This document shows positions 44,885 to 54,495 of a DNA stretch of 64,000 nucleotides, one piece after another. The stretch spans positions 1-64,000 of the IMG/VR virus record IMGVR_UViG_3300033075_000403; one strand, 5' to 3'. Numbering within the stretch: the stretch's first letter is position 1; the number at the start of each line of letters is the position of its first letter. The position numbers were made by a program, and so were the translations under genes. The notes under the pieces are model-generated. The model was not told the origin of the DNA. It saw nothing but the letters and a program-made list of their open reading frames with translations, and did no database searches. Source of the DNA: a virus. Taxonomy: Duplodnaviria > Caudoviricetes.

Positions 44885-45181
44885 ATGGCAGACATTACCG
44901 ATCCGCAGGCGATTCGATTCGTGAACGAGCAGGTGCGCCCGCTGTGCGAGCGTGCCCGCGCACTCAAGGCGGAAATCGACGCGATGACAACCGCCTGGTA
45001 TGGCGGCATCAATGCGAAGTTTCCGAACGACTCGTCCCCGCTGGTGGACGGGCGCGCCGCCGAGGGGGTTTCGCAACTCACTGGGGCGCAGGTCAATTCA
45101 GCGGTGGGGCAACTGATCGGCATTGCACCCAACGCGGAGATTGTTGCTGCGCCGTGCGTGCGTCCCCTGTCCGCATCGTAG
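44885..45181 (+). CDS. Hypothetical protein
   Basis: Co-oriented in the fibre block. Confidence 0.65.
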   Translation: MADITDPQAIRFVNEQVRPLCERARALKAEIDAMTTAWYGGINAKFPNDSSPLVDGRAAEGVSQLTGAQVNSAVGQLIGIAPNAEIVAAPCVRPLSAS

Positions 45182-45193
45182 CGAGGTGACGAG

Positions 45194-46612
45194 ATGTCGT
45201 TCACAGATTTTTTCACAAATGCCTCCACCGGCTCCAACATGAACGGCGGGAGCGACGAAAACACGTCGCCAGCCTACTCCGCGACCAATGGCGGTTGGAA
45301 CAGTGGGACCGGGGTATTCACGCCGACCAGCGGTGACCCGTCTGCTGTGTCTCCCACGCTGGTAGGACAGTTTGCCCACGTCTTCACGGACGGCAGCACG
45401 ACGCCGACTCGCATCGCTCGCGTGACGGCGGTGTCGTCCACCACGCTGACCCTTAGCACTACGGCGGGCAGCGGCACGGCTCCAACGACGGCGGGGACTG
45501 GAATCAGCGTCAATGTCGGCGGCGTGTGGAAGGGACCGAACGGGACGGTTGGCTTTCCATTCTCCGGGGCGACACTTACCAGCGCTGCCACGAACGCCTC
45601 CGGCGACCTTCCGTTTATCAACATGAAAAACGGCACGAACTACGCAATCACCGCCGCAATCACCTGGAGTTCGGCCAATGTCAGCGTCGGCGGCTACACG
45701 TCCACGGTTCGCGACGGCGGCAAAGCGGTCATCGACGGCGGCACGAGCGGGTCAAGCTACGTCCTGCTGACCGTTTCCGGAACGCCATGCGAGGTCATGG
45801 ATTTGATCCTGCAAAACAACGGCGCGACAGGCTCCGCAGCCGGGTTGTCCAACTCCAACAATCGAAACACGTTTCGCCGCGTCGTGGTCAACTCCGTCCG
45901 TGGGGCCGGGTTCGTCAATACGTTTGTTGGCAGGTTCACCCAGTGCGAAGCGTATGCCTGCAACCAATCGAACACGGCGGCGACCGCAGGGTTCAATATC
46001 ACTGCGGCGGCGGTCCTCAAAAGGTGCGTGTCGCACGACAACACCGGGAGCAACTCCAGCGGATTCGTCATCACACCAACCGTTCCGGTGACGCTGATTG
46101 GGTGCATCGCCGACACAAACGGACAGCACGGATTCAGCGGTACAGGGATTGGGCCGGTGGTGCTTCAGAACTGCATCGCGTCCGCAAACACCAGCGACGG
46201 GGCCAGGCACGCCGACGCGACATGCGCATGGGACGTGGAGAACTGCATATTCTCCACGAACGGCGGCTACGGCTTCACCTCCACGGCGAATGCGGGGGAC
46301 GAGTTGGTCAACAACGCCTTTCGTTCCAACACGTCCGGCCAGACCAACAACACTAACGCCGATCTCGTCACCGGCTCCGTCACACTGACCGGCGACCCGT
46401 TCACCGACGCCGCCAATGGCGACTTCACGCTTAACAACACGTCTGGAGCTGGTGCGTCCTGTCGTGGCGCTGGCATCGGCACATACACGCAGACGGCGAG
46501 CAGCTACGCGGGCACGGTCGGTTATCCCGACATCGGCATTCAGCATCAAGAAACGGGCGGTGGTGGCCCTGTTGCCCGCCAAACGATTCGCACAAACATC
46601 GGAACCTACTAG
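45194..46612 (+). CDS. Right-handed beta-helix (pectin-lyase-like) tailspike/adhesin
   Basis: Repeating C(V/I)(S/A)xxNxxxGF rungs; C-terminal GDF.L...S.CRGAG...DIG. Confidence 0.75.
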   Translation: MSFTDFFTNASTGSNMNGGSDENTSPAYSATNGGWNSGTGVFTPTSGDPSAVSPTLVGQFAHVFTDGSTTPTRIARVTAVSSTTLTLSTTAGSGTAPTTAGTGISVNVGGVWKGPNGTVGFPFSGATLTSAATNASGDLPFINMKNGTNYAITAAITWSSANVSVGGYTSTVRDGGKAVIDGGTSGSSYVLLTVSGTPCEVMDLILQNNGATGSAAGLSNSNNRNTFRRVVVNSVRGAGFVNTFVGRFTQCEAYACNQSNTAATAGFNITAAAVLKRCVSHDNTGSNSSGFVITPTVPVTLIGCIADTNGQHGFSGTGIGPVVLQNCIASANTSDGARHADATCAWDVENCIFSTNGGYGFTSTANAGDELVNNAFRSNTSGQTNNTNADLVTGSVTLTGDPFTDAANGDFTLNNTSGAGASCRGAGIGTYTQTASSYAGTVGYPDIGIQHQETGGGGPVARQTIRTNIGTY

Positions 46613-46628
46613 CAAAGGCAGACATATC

Positions 46629-47144
46629 ATGGGCGCTCTCTTTCTTGTCGCGAATGGTCCGATGCAGACCACGGCGGCTTTCGCTGCGGTTACAACAGGC
46701 ACGGCAATTAAGACCATGATCCAGATCAAGCCTGGATCAACCACTCCGCTCCGGGTGGTTGACTGGTGGATCAGCTTTGACGGGTATGTTGCAGCGACAC
46801 CGATCAAGGTTGAGTTGATCGAAACAGACGTGGCTGCGACTGTAACCGCGTATGCGGCTGCGGACATCACCAAGCTCAATGCCGATGCGTTGATGTTCGG
46901 CGATCCAACCACGGCATTGATCGCGGTCGGCACCACGTCGAGCGGCTACACATCAACCAGCGAGGGTTCGATTACTTCGGTGCGAAACCTTGCGCCGCCT
47001 CAGTTCATCGCGCCGACCAACCAGAACATCATCCAGATGCCGCTTGGCCGCGAAGCATTGATTCAGGCTGGCAAGTTTGGGCGAATCCGCGTGACGGCTG
47101 GCGCTGCGGTCAACTGCTACTGCGGCATGACCCTGGAGGGGTAA
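46629..47144 (+). CDS. Beta-rich structural protein
   Basis: ATG 46629; in the fibre block. Confidence 0.6.
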   Translation: MGALFLVANGPMQTTAAFAAVTTGTAIKTMIQIKPGSTTPLRVVDWWISFDGYVAATPIKVELIETDVAATVTAYAAADITKLNADALMFGDPTTALIAVGTTSSGYTSTSEGSITSVRNLAPPQFIAPTNQNIIQMPLGREALIQAGKFGRIRVTAGAAVNCYCGMTLEG

Positions 47145-47145
47145 C

Positions 47146-48744
47146 ATGGCCCGCTTAGGTCGTCGGCAATCGTTTCCCTGGAAACGCCGCAATCCGCCTG
47201 TGATTGTTCCGGCGCTGACGACCTACGCCACAGCCGGCACCTACTACTGGATCGCCCCAGCAGCCGGCACCATCAACGTCAAAGCCTATGGCGGTGGTGG
47301 TGGTGGCGGTGTCGGCATTTACCCAACAGGAACTGGCGGAGGTGGCGGTGGGGCCTATTCCGAGGTCGCGGCGCAGTCAGTGACGGCAGGCCAGTCGGTC
47401 ACGATTGTCGTCGGTACTGGTGGCGGCAGTGTAACGAACGGTGGTGACTCGTCAGCCGATTCATTTTGCGTGGCCAAGGGTGGTAGTACGACAACCACGG
47501 CTCTCACAGGTGGTATTGGCGGGCAGTCATCGGCTGGCACTGGGGACATTAAGTATTCGGGTGGTAATGGCGCTCCATGTCAGACAGGTGGAAGAGGGGC
47601 AATCTATGGTGGTGGTGGGTCATCTGCTGGTACGGGTGCGGACGGCACAACGGCTACTGTAGCAGTTGGAGCGGTAGCTCCGTCGGGTGGCGGTGATGGC
47701 GGAAACGGTCAGGCATCGAGCGGTCTAGCGGGTTCATCCCCAGGCGGTGGTGGAGGGCAAGGTGGATCTGGTACAGGCGGCACGGGTGGCGATGGCAAGG
47801 TGCTGGTGCTGTTCACCGTTGGGGTTGCTACCACCACCTATACCGGCACAGGAACGCTGACAAGCGGAGTGGCGACGCTCGCGGGATCAGCAACTTTCGT
47901 CAAGCCAACTTACACGGGTACAGGGTCGCTCGTTTCTGGTATTTCGACGCTGATAGGTGTCGCCACATTTACCAAGCCAACCTACACGGGGACTGGCTCG
48001 CTCACAGCCGCACCGTCCATACTATCCGGCTCTGCTACGTTTGTCGTGCCAACCTACACCGGGGCAGCCGCGCTGACCGTCGGACCATCCACGTTGGTAA
48101 GTTCCGCTGCGTTTACACAGCCGACATTTACAGGAATCGGTTCGCTAGTCGTTGCGCCAACAAGTTTGGCAAGTTCCGCAACCTTCACCACGCCGACCTA
48201 CACCGGGACTGGATCTCTAACCGTTGCGGCATCAAGTTTAGTGGCAGTGGCAACTTTTGTTAATCCGACCTACACTGGTGCAGCGACGCTTACTTCGGGG
48301 TCAACAACGGTTGCGGCTGCGGCGACGTTCACCGTTCCAATTTTTACAGGAATTGGCTTGCTGGCTATCGCACCGGCAAGTTTATCTGCTTCGGCGACTT
48401 TCCAGCCACCACCCGTCTACGGGACAGGTGTACTGACCGTGGGGACCGTCCTGTTGAGTGGGGCGGCGGTGTTTTTTATCCCTCCGGTAACTGGAAGCGG
48501 AAACCTGATCGTTGGGGCTTCTCTACTTTCCGGTTCCGCGATATTCACCACCATACCGTCGTTCGCCACAACTACGGACACCACCCTGTTCGTCCAACTA
48601 CGATCAGAGTCCACCGTCTGTGCATCCATTGGACCCTCAGACGGTTCTTTGTTCACCCATTTGGAAACGATCTCCATATCCGCTACGTCGTTGGGTTCCG
48701 ACTCAACGGCTGGCTCATATCGACAATCAGACACACTGGATTAG
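47146..48744 (+). CDS. Glycine-rich domain plus ten 24-aa Thr/Ser-rich repeats (fibre-like)
   Basis: N-half paralogous to 44276..44863; then (TYTGTGSLxxxxSxLxxxATFxxP) x10. Confidence 0.8.
   Translation: MARLGRRQSFPWKRRNPPVIVPALTTYATAGTYYWIAPAAGTINVKAYGGGGGGGVGIYPTGTGGGGGGAYSEVAAQSVTAGQSVTIVVGTGGGSVTNGGDSSADSFCVAKGGSTTTTALTGGIGGQSSAGTGDIKYSGGNGAPCQTGGRGAIYGGGGSSAGTGADGTTATVAVGAVAPSGGGDGGNGQASSGLAGSSPGGGGGQGGSGTGGTGGDGKVLVLFTVGVATTTYTGTGTLTSGVATLAGSATFVKPTYTGTGSLVSGISTLIGVATFTKPTYTGTGSLTAAPSILSGSATFVVPTYTGAAALTVGPSTLVSSAAFTQPTFTGIGSLVVAPTSLASSATFTTPTYTGTGSLTVAASSLVAVATFVNPTYTGAATLTSGSTTVAAAATFTVPIFTGIGLLAIAPASLSASATFQPPPVYGTGVLTVGTVLLSGAAVFFIPPVTGSGNLIVGASLLSGSAIFTTIPSFATTTDTTLFVQLRSESTVCASIGPSDGSLFTHLETISISATSLGSDSTAGSYRQSDTLD
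47836..48555 (+). repeat. Ten tandem 72-bp (24-aa) coding repeats
   Basis: Repeat units read from the translation; DNA diverged at synonymous sites. Confidence 0.85.
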
Positions 48745-48753
48745 GAGCAACCC

Positions 48754-49047
48754 ATGTCTTACGATTCCGCAAGCTACTTCATCGGCGATGTGAAGAAGTT
48801 CGAGGTCACGACGGTCAAGGACAGCGTGAACTGGTCCTGCACTGCTGTTACCCTCTATCTCGTTGACCCTGACGGCAACGTGGACTCCTACACCGCCACG
48901 CAGGACTCCACCTACGTCTGGAGCAAAACCGTCTCTACGGCCATCCTCGACCAGCGTGGGGATTGGAGACGCTATTGGACGGCCACCGATGGAGTCACCA
49001 CCCTTACGTGTGGCGAGGTCGAATTTTATGTGAAACAGATAGAGTAG
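48754..49047 (+). CDS. Small beta-sandwich structural protein
   Basis: VTLYLVDPDG...LDQRGDW pattern; last gene of the fibre block. Confidence 0.65.
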   Translation: MSYDSASYFIGDVKKFEVTTVKDSVNWSCTAVTLYLVDPDGNVDSYTATQDSTYVWSKTVSTAILDQRGDWRRYWTATDGVTTLTCGEVEFYVKQIE

Positions 49048-49385
49048 ACTTTCACCGACATAGCTAAGTTAGTGGTAACTTACATCTCCAGCCCATACAG
49101 GGCTATCCCAGTCATCATCTCTATGAAAGAGTGAGAGAGGTGTTGGATAACTAAAGACACCGAGGCAGTGGGGTCCAGTCACCGTCCCACCGACTACTCC
49201 CAATTCTTCACACGCACCGTTGCGGATGACTCGTGGACCAGGACGTTAGCCCGTTGGTGGATCGACTACCACCCCGTTGCCTGGAAAACCCACACCCCCT
49301 ATGGGGTTTGTGGGGAAGAATTGTTTCGTCGTCCTCGCTGCATCACCGGGGGAGGTTGTAACCCCGTGTTTCGCCCATACCGTTT

Positions 49386-49595
49386 CTAGGAGAATGGGTG
49401 GTCTGTCCGCTTTTGGTTCCGGTACTGCGTCCGCCAACTCTCGAACCGGCCTACCCCCTGGTGGTAGGAACACAAGTCACCCTCTGCCGTGGAGAACCAC
49501 AACCCACGAAAAAACCGCACACGGAACAGGTGAAGGCTGTATCCGGTGCGGTCTATCAGGCTTTCGCCTGTGTTCGGTGGTTGTAGCTCCTTCAC
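49386..49595 (-). CDS. Small hypothetical protein
   Basis: Downstream of the minus-strand promoter near 49610-49639. Confidence 0.4.
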   Translation of the reverse strand: MKELQPPNTGESLIDRTGYSLHLFRVRFFRGLWFSTAEGDLCSYHQGVGRFESWRTQYRNQKRTDHPFS

Positions 49596-49609
49596 AGCCC
49601 AACAGGGGT

Positions 49610-49697
49610 AGATTACACCCCCACCACCCCTTCCGTCAAGTCTTTCTGGATTTTTCTCTCAAGAATCTTGACAGGGGGAGGGTGGCGAGCCTATACT
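49610..49697. promoter_or_regulatory. Back-to-back promoters with G-rich spacers
   Basis: Plus: TTGACA(49668-49673)-18-TATACT(49692-49697) ahead of the glycosylation cluster; minus: TTGACG(49639-49634) with a weaker -10. Confidence 0.6.
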
Positions 49698-49827
49698 TCC
49701 TCCGCGTGGTGATGCAAGCACCACACACCGTACACCCCACGAAGCACGTCCGCCGTGCCAACAGCCGCCTTCCAGTTCGCTTGCATCGGACTGGCGGGCG
49801 GTTTTCTTTTACCCCAAGGACTTCACG

Positions 49828-51024
49828 ATGCATTGGACCGCCATCCTCACCGTCGCCGACACCGGGCCAAGGGAATCCCTGGTGGAAATGCTCGACAGCA
49901 TCGGCATCGACTGCGTGATCCCCACCGACAAACTCCGCAGCACCCTCCAGAGCTGGGGTCTGGATTGCATCCTCGATCCCTCCCGCCTCGAAGCCGAGAT
50001 GGGGTACTCCGTCGCAGCACCACTCCCCCAGGTCGGACTCGAAGCCCTCGACCGCAAGGACACCCTGGTCGTTGACGTGAAAGCCCACCGCAACTACGAC
50101 CGCATCCTCAAACACAAACCCAACCTCGCTGGTCGCATCCTCTGGTATCGCATCAACGGAGGACAACCCGAACACGTCGTCAACGCCCGTGGGGACTTCG
50201 GAGACGAACGCAACCCACCCTGCCCCATCCTCACCCCCAACCTTTGGTACAAGCAAGAATTTGAGGACGTACCATGTGATGAGTGTCCTCCCGAAGAGCA
50301 AATCGACCTGACGGACCAAGGACTGCCCAGAATCGCGTTTAAGCCTTACCACTCGAAATGTGGGGGTAGAGGCGTTTTATCCGTCGAAATGCCTTGGCGG
50401 GGCAAATCGTTCGCTTGCTGGCCCCCTTTCTCAAGAATCTCCGAGTACAACGTCCTCCGTCGTCCGGGGGATGGGGTGAACGAGACGTGGAAGAAGTACG
50501 CCAACCCGGTGTGCCTGGTTCACAACCTCCAGGGGTGGGGGTACGGAAATCTCATAGAGCGTGTCCGTCAACTCGGTGTCAGATGCTACGGACTTGGTTC
50601 GCCGGACGGATTGCTTCAGCATGGTGAAGCTCGTATCCGATTAGAGTCGGCACTGGCTTTGGTTCACCTGAAGTCATCCGATGCTCCGGGGTACGCTTTG
50701 TATGAAGCACTCGCGTCTGGTTGCCCAATTATTTGCCCTCGCCGTTTGATATGGCGAAACCGTATGGAAGATCTTTTGGTAGAGAATGAGACGTGTTTGT
50801 GTTTTGACAGAGAAACACATGATTCCCTATCGCCTGAAGAAGCAGTAACATGCTCCGCAGAAATTGAAAAGCATCTGAAGTATCTTTCCAGCAACCGCAA
50901 CAACAAAAAGATCGGGCTTGCGGGGAGGGAGAGGCTTCAGGAGGTCATGTGGTCCTCCAAACGCGATAAGGATGTGGAGTCACTGAGGAATTTCTTCAAG
51001 AAAAACTTCCCGAATATCGGATAA
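49828..51024 (+). CDS. GT-B glycosyltransferase (GT4-like)
   Basis: DAPGYALYEALASGCPII...LLVENETCL (EX7E-like C-terminal motif). Confidence 0.75.
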   Translation: MHWTAILTVADTGPRESLVEMLDSIGIDCVIPTDKLRSTLQSWGLDCILDPSRLEAEMGYSVAAPLPQVGLEALDRKDTLVVDVKAHRNYDRILKHKPNLAGRILWYRINGGQPEHVVNARGDFGDERNPPCPILTPNLWYKQEFEDVPCDECPPEEQIDLTDQGLPRIAFKPYHSKCGGRGVLSVEMPWRGKSFACWPPFSRISEYNVLRRPGDGVNETWKKYANPVCLVHNLQGWGYGNLIERVRQLGVRCYGLGSPDGLLQHGEARIRLESALALVHLKSSDAPGYALYEALASGCPIICPRRLIWRNRMEDLLVENETCLCFDRETHDSLSPEEAVTCSAEIEKHLKYLSSNRNNKKIGLAGRERLQEVMWSSKRDKDVESLRNFFKKNFPNIG

Positions 51025-51146
51025 AGGGTTGCAACCGTCATAAAAGGCGGTATGCTCTCAACATCCCCGGAGTGGGGTAACAGCGCTTGACTCCCGCTGG
51101 ACTCGTCATCCGCCCCACTCCGGGTTTTCCTATCAAGAGACATGAC

Positions 51147-51953
51147 ATGCAAATTGGCATCATTGGGAATGGTACCGTGGGGTCGGCGATGCTGGTGGCG
51201 TACCAGCACCTCGGCCACGACGTACTGGCTCACGACATCGTGCCAGAGCGATCCCAGTGCAGTCTCTCCGAGGTCGTGAAACGGGAGCTGGTGTTCGTCT
51301 GCCTGCCTACTCCCAAGCGTGACGACTCCCTGCGGTGCAACACGCGGTCACTGGATACGCTGCTGTGGGAGATCATCCACCTGCAACCGGAAGCCAACGT
51401 GGTGATCCGGTCCACGGTTCCCATCGGCTACACAAAGTTGTTCCACGATCACGGTCTGAGCAACATCGTCCACTCCCCGGAGTTCCTCACGATGAGAACG
51501 GCGGTGGAGGATGCTCGCAATCCTCGACAACTCATCATTGGGTGTCCTGACCGGATGAAGCTGACGGATGGGTCGTCCAAGTTGTTCCACTTCTACGCGG
51601 AGACGCACGAAGGGAACGGTGTGAAGGTGCTCATCTGTCACAGCGATGCCAGCGAAGCGATCAAGCTGATGCAAAACAGCTTCAGTGCCGCCAAGGTGAG
51701 CCTGTTCAACGAGTTCTACCAGCTGTGCAAGTCCACGAAGATCGACTGGGATACGGTGGTGATGGGTCTGCTCAACAACGGGTGGATCAACCCGATGCAC
51801 ACCGAGGTTCCAGGACCGGATGGTCAGTTCGGCTACGGTGGCGCATGCTTCCCCAAGGACATTGCGAATCTCGTGACGTGCATGCGTGACGCCGGTGTGA
51901 GTCCGACCATGCTTCTTGCGTCGATGGAGAGGAATGCTGTAGACAGGGGGTGA
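51147..51953 (+). CDS. ugd: UDP-glucose/GDP-mannose 6-dehydrogenase family (short form lacking the C-terminal domain)
   Basis: IGIIGNGTVG; FVCLPTP; IRSTVPIG; SPEFL; EAIKLMQNSF; GYGGACFPKD. Confidence 0.9.
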   Translation: MQIGIIGNGTVGSAMLVAYQHLGHDVLAHDIVPERSQCSLSEVVKRELVFVCLPTPKRDDSLRCNTRSLDTLLWEIIHLQPEANVVIRSTVPIGYTKLFHDHGLSNIVHSPEFLTMRTAVEDARNPRQLIIGCPDRMKLTDGSSKLFHFYAETHEGNGVKVLICHSDASEAIKLMQNSFSAAKVSLFNEFYQLCKSTKIDWDTVVMGLLNNGWINPMHTEVPGPDGQFGYGGACFPKDIANLVTCMRDAGVSPTMLLASMERNAVDRG

Positions 51954-52139
51954 TCCGTGTTCAACGGAATGGGCGGCCTGGTTCCCGACTACGACTTCGT
52001 TTACGCCAGTGATTCCATCAACTCCAATCAAGAAAGCCTGTCTCACCGGAGCCGCCGTGTCAGAACCAAGAGAAAGAAGCCACCGTGACGGTGGGTAGAG
52101 GATTCACCTGGAAGTTTCCAGGGGCGTTTACAGGGGAGG

Positions 52140-52406
52140 ATGCAGGGGATGACGAAGCAAGAAAAATACCTGGAAGGTGCTCACCGCAAGCTCGAAGAGG
52201 CGGCGCTGAATTACGCCAGAGTCCAGGCGAACGCCTGTTACGTCAACTCGCTTGGTGAATTGGTGATGTTGTCGCATGACGAAAAAGAAACACACTCGCT
52301 GTATTGGAGTCAGGCGATGATGGCTGCGGCAAAAATGCTGCTTATTGAGGTGTCGATGACGCCTTTGCCGCCCAGGTCCAGCAGCCATGCGGAGGCCACG
52401 ACATGA
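52140..52406 (+). CDS. Hypothetical protein
   Basis: GGGAGG SD; ends EATT at the repeated junction. Confidence 0.6.
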   Translation: MQGMTKQEKYLEGAHRKLEEAALNYARVQANACYVNSLGELVMLSHDEKETHSLYWSQAMMAAAKMLLIEVSMTPLPPRSSSHAEATT

Positions 52407-52702
52407 TCGGAGCGAACACGCCACCGGGGACGGAAGTTTGGGAGCTTTGCCCCTACGACAAGTTTGTCACGGGCCCATATCGCCTTCTGCGCATGGAGGA
52501 CGAAAAAGCAGTGATTGACCGGATTCTCGAAGAAGGTGAAGAATCTTTGCCATTCAGTTCGTTCCACCAAAAACGTGTCGATCTGTTCTTGACCAAGCGA
52601 GAGGCGATCTTGGCACTCGTCATCTACCGTCAGCATCGTCTTGACAGGGCCGTGGCGGAACTGGCCGCACACGACGCTGGGCAAGCGGAGGCCACGCCAT
52701 GA
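52403..52702 (+). CDS. Hypothetical protein
   Basis: Starts and ends at GGAGGCCACG(A/C)CATGA junctions. Confidence 0.65.
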   Translation: MIGANTPPGTEVWELCPYDKFVTGPYRLLRMEDEKAVIDRILEEGEESLPFSSFHQKRVDLFLTKREAILALVIYRQHRLDRAVAELAAHDAGQAEATP

Positions 52703-52902
52703 CAGGATGGACGGAATTCATCTACCCAGTGTTCCCGCAGATTGCATGCGAATGCGGCGGTCTCATGGCGTGGCAGCGCAACCCGCGTAACAACATGGTT
52801 GAGTTGCGCTGCAACAAATGCTGCGAACGAGCGGAGGTGCCTGTTGAGGACGACTGCCGCAAGGCGCTGGAACGCAATACTTGGAAAGGACCAAAGGCAT
52901 GA
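52699..52902 (+). CDS. Small Zn-ribbon protein
   Basis: CECGG...CNKC. Confidence 0.6.
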   Translation: MTGWTEFIYPVFPQIACECGGLMAWQRNPRNNMVELRCNKCCERAEVPVEDDCRKALERNTWKGPKA

Positions 52903-53141
52903 CCGACACAAACAAACTGGACAGGCCGCGACCGATCATGCCAGACTTGGAGGGTGACAATCTGGTCATTCAGGCAGTTATGATCGCCGCAACAAAACTT
53001 GCTCAACTGGAAAAAAACAGGACGCTGGACGAGCGGAGCAGACGGGAGTGCATGGCTGTTCGAGACTTGTTGGAGCGAGCCGAGAATCACCTGATGCCAA
53101 CGCTGGCGCAAAGCCGAAAGGCAATGGAGGCCACGCCATGA
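52899..53141 (+). CDS. Hypothetical helical protein
   Basis: ATGA overlap; ends EATP. Confidence 0.6.
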   Translation: MTDTNKLDRPRPIMPDLEGDNLVIQAVMIAATKLAQLEKNRTLDERSRRECMAVRDLLERAENHLMPTLAQSRKAMEATP

Positions 53142-53380
53142 CCGACGAAGTTGATGATGACGATTTCCGCCTCTGGAGCGACGGTAGGCTGGAGGAGGAA
53201 ATTGGCGGGATACGCGACAGCATGCGTTTCTTCAAGGGCGATCAAGCCCGCGAGATGTCCGACCGGCACAATGTACTGGTTGACGAGTGGAAGCGTCGGA
53301 AGGCCGCGCCTGTGACCGACGAAGCCGCCCTGCAAGCCCTGCTCGACACAATCCAAAGGCAAAATGATGCGCAAGCGTAA
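53138..53380 (+). CDS. Acidic hypothetical protein
   Basis: ATGA overlap after GGAGG. Confidence 0.6.
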   Translation: MTDEVDDDDFRLWSDGRLEEEIGGIRDSMRFFKGDQAREMSDRHNVLVDEWKRRKAAPVTDEAALQALLDTIQRQNDAQA

Positions 53381-53591
53381 ATCAATCAACCTGAACTCGG
53401 ATCTATTCTCAACAGGGGATGTCGCCTGGATTTGTGGGGTGAGTTCTCTGACGGTGCGGAAGTGGCAGGAGAAGGGTCTGTTGCCTGGACATCGAATCCC
53501 TGGAACGGTGAACCGACACCGCCGTTTCCGCAGGGAGGACGTGGTGAAGTTCATCAATGATCATGGTCTACCCAATCCAGGATTGCACTGA
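53364..53591 (+). CDS. Excisionase/MerR-like HTH DNA-binding protein
   Basis: FSTGDVAWICGVSSLTVRKW...G.LP.HRIPG...HRRFRREDVVKF. Confidence 0.85.
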   Translation: MMRKRKSINLNSDLFSTGDVAWICGVSSLTVRKWQEKGLLPGHRIPGTVNRHRRFRREDVVKFINDHGLPNPGLH

Positions 53592-53873
53592 GCCTGCGGC
53601 GGCATGGGGGAAAATGCTTGGGAGAGTGCCCTGTGTCGCCGCTTTTGTACCCGCCAGCTTCGGCGGTAGGGTGAGGGTTAAATCCCCTCAACGGATGCCG
53701 TGCCGATGATTGACGTGGCGATATATCAACCTCCCACGTCATAGGCCCCTGAGCGTGGGTGATTCGCGCGTCCCACGGTATGGCGGAGGTCGATCCATAC
53801 TCCGTCGAATGGTGCTCATGTACCGACGAACCCCGGTATCCACAACCAGCGATGGGTTCAAACTTACGAGGGT

Positions 53874-54239
53874 GTGATGAGACAGCAAGGTGCGGTGTGG
53901 ATGGAGGGAGATGATGTCAAGTACGGATCATCGTTGCCGCATTCCGCACAAGATTATTTGCTATGGTGTGGTGGTACGGCTAACTCCATTGAGATTGCCG
54001 ACATTGTGGTGATGTCGAAACGTAGAAGTGGTATTGGACGAAAGCTCGTCAGTGCGATGCTTCTTGCACTGGACACCGAGACGGTGGTGTGGGCTTGTAC
54101 GCGAACGACGAACGAGATTGCGCAGCAATTCTACGAGGCACTTGGGTTTGATGTGGCTGGTGTGGTGCGTCGTCTGCACGGTACGGAACAGGGTGCGGAC
54201 GGGGTGATCTACCTGCGCCGTGCAGGTGGTCCAATCTGA
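53874..54239 (+). CDS. GNAT N-acetyltransferase (RimI-like)
   Basis: IVV...RRSGIGRKL; NEIAQQFYEALGF. Confidence 0.85.
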   Translation: MMRQQGAVWMEGDDVKYGSSLPHSAQDYLLWCGGTANSIEIADIVVMSKRRSGIGRKLVSAMLLALDTETVVWACTRTTNEIAQQFYEALGFDVAGVVRRLHGTEQGADGVIYLRRAGGPI

Positions 54240-54275
54240 AAACAGACGAAGTATGATTGCCCAAGGAGACAACCG

Positions 54276-54488
54276 ATGACGGATAAGAACGGGGACATTA
54301 AGACAATCCCCTTTGCAGCGCTGGTGATAGCAGCCGTATTGTTCGGCACGGTCGCAGGTCTTTTGTCCTGTGGACACTGCAACACGCGACCAGATGTTCC
54401 TCCCGCTGTGGACATGCGAGATGTCGGACAGGAGAACAACAACGGCATTCGTGTTCTGTTCTGGTCGAAGATGTTCGGTGCGTGGTAG
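54276..54488 (+). CDS. Small membrane protein / possible lipoprotein
   Basis: TM segment followed by LLSC. Confidence 0.55.
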   Translation: MTDKNGDIKTIPFAALVIAAVLFGTVAGLLSCGHCNTRPDVPPAVDMRDVGQENNNGIRVLFWSKMFGAW

Positions 54489-54495
54489 ACGATCC

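Noticed and set aside
44276-48744. Diversity-generating retroelement TR/VR pair
   Set aside because: No reverse transcriptase in the window; the paralogous regions differ broadly, not only at adenines
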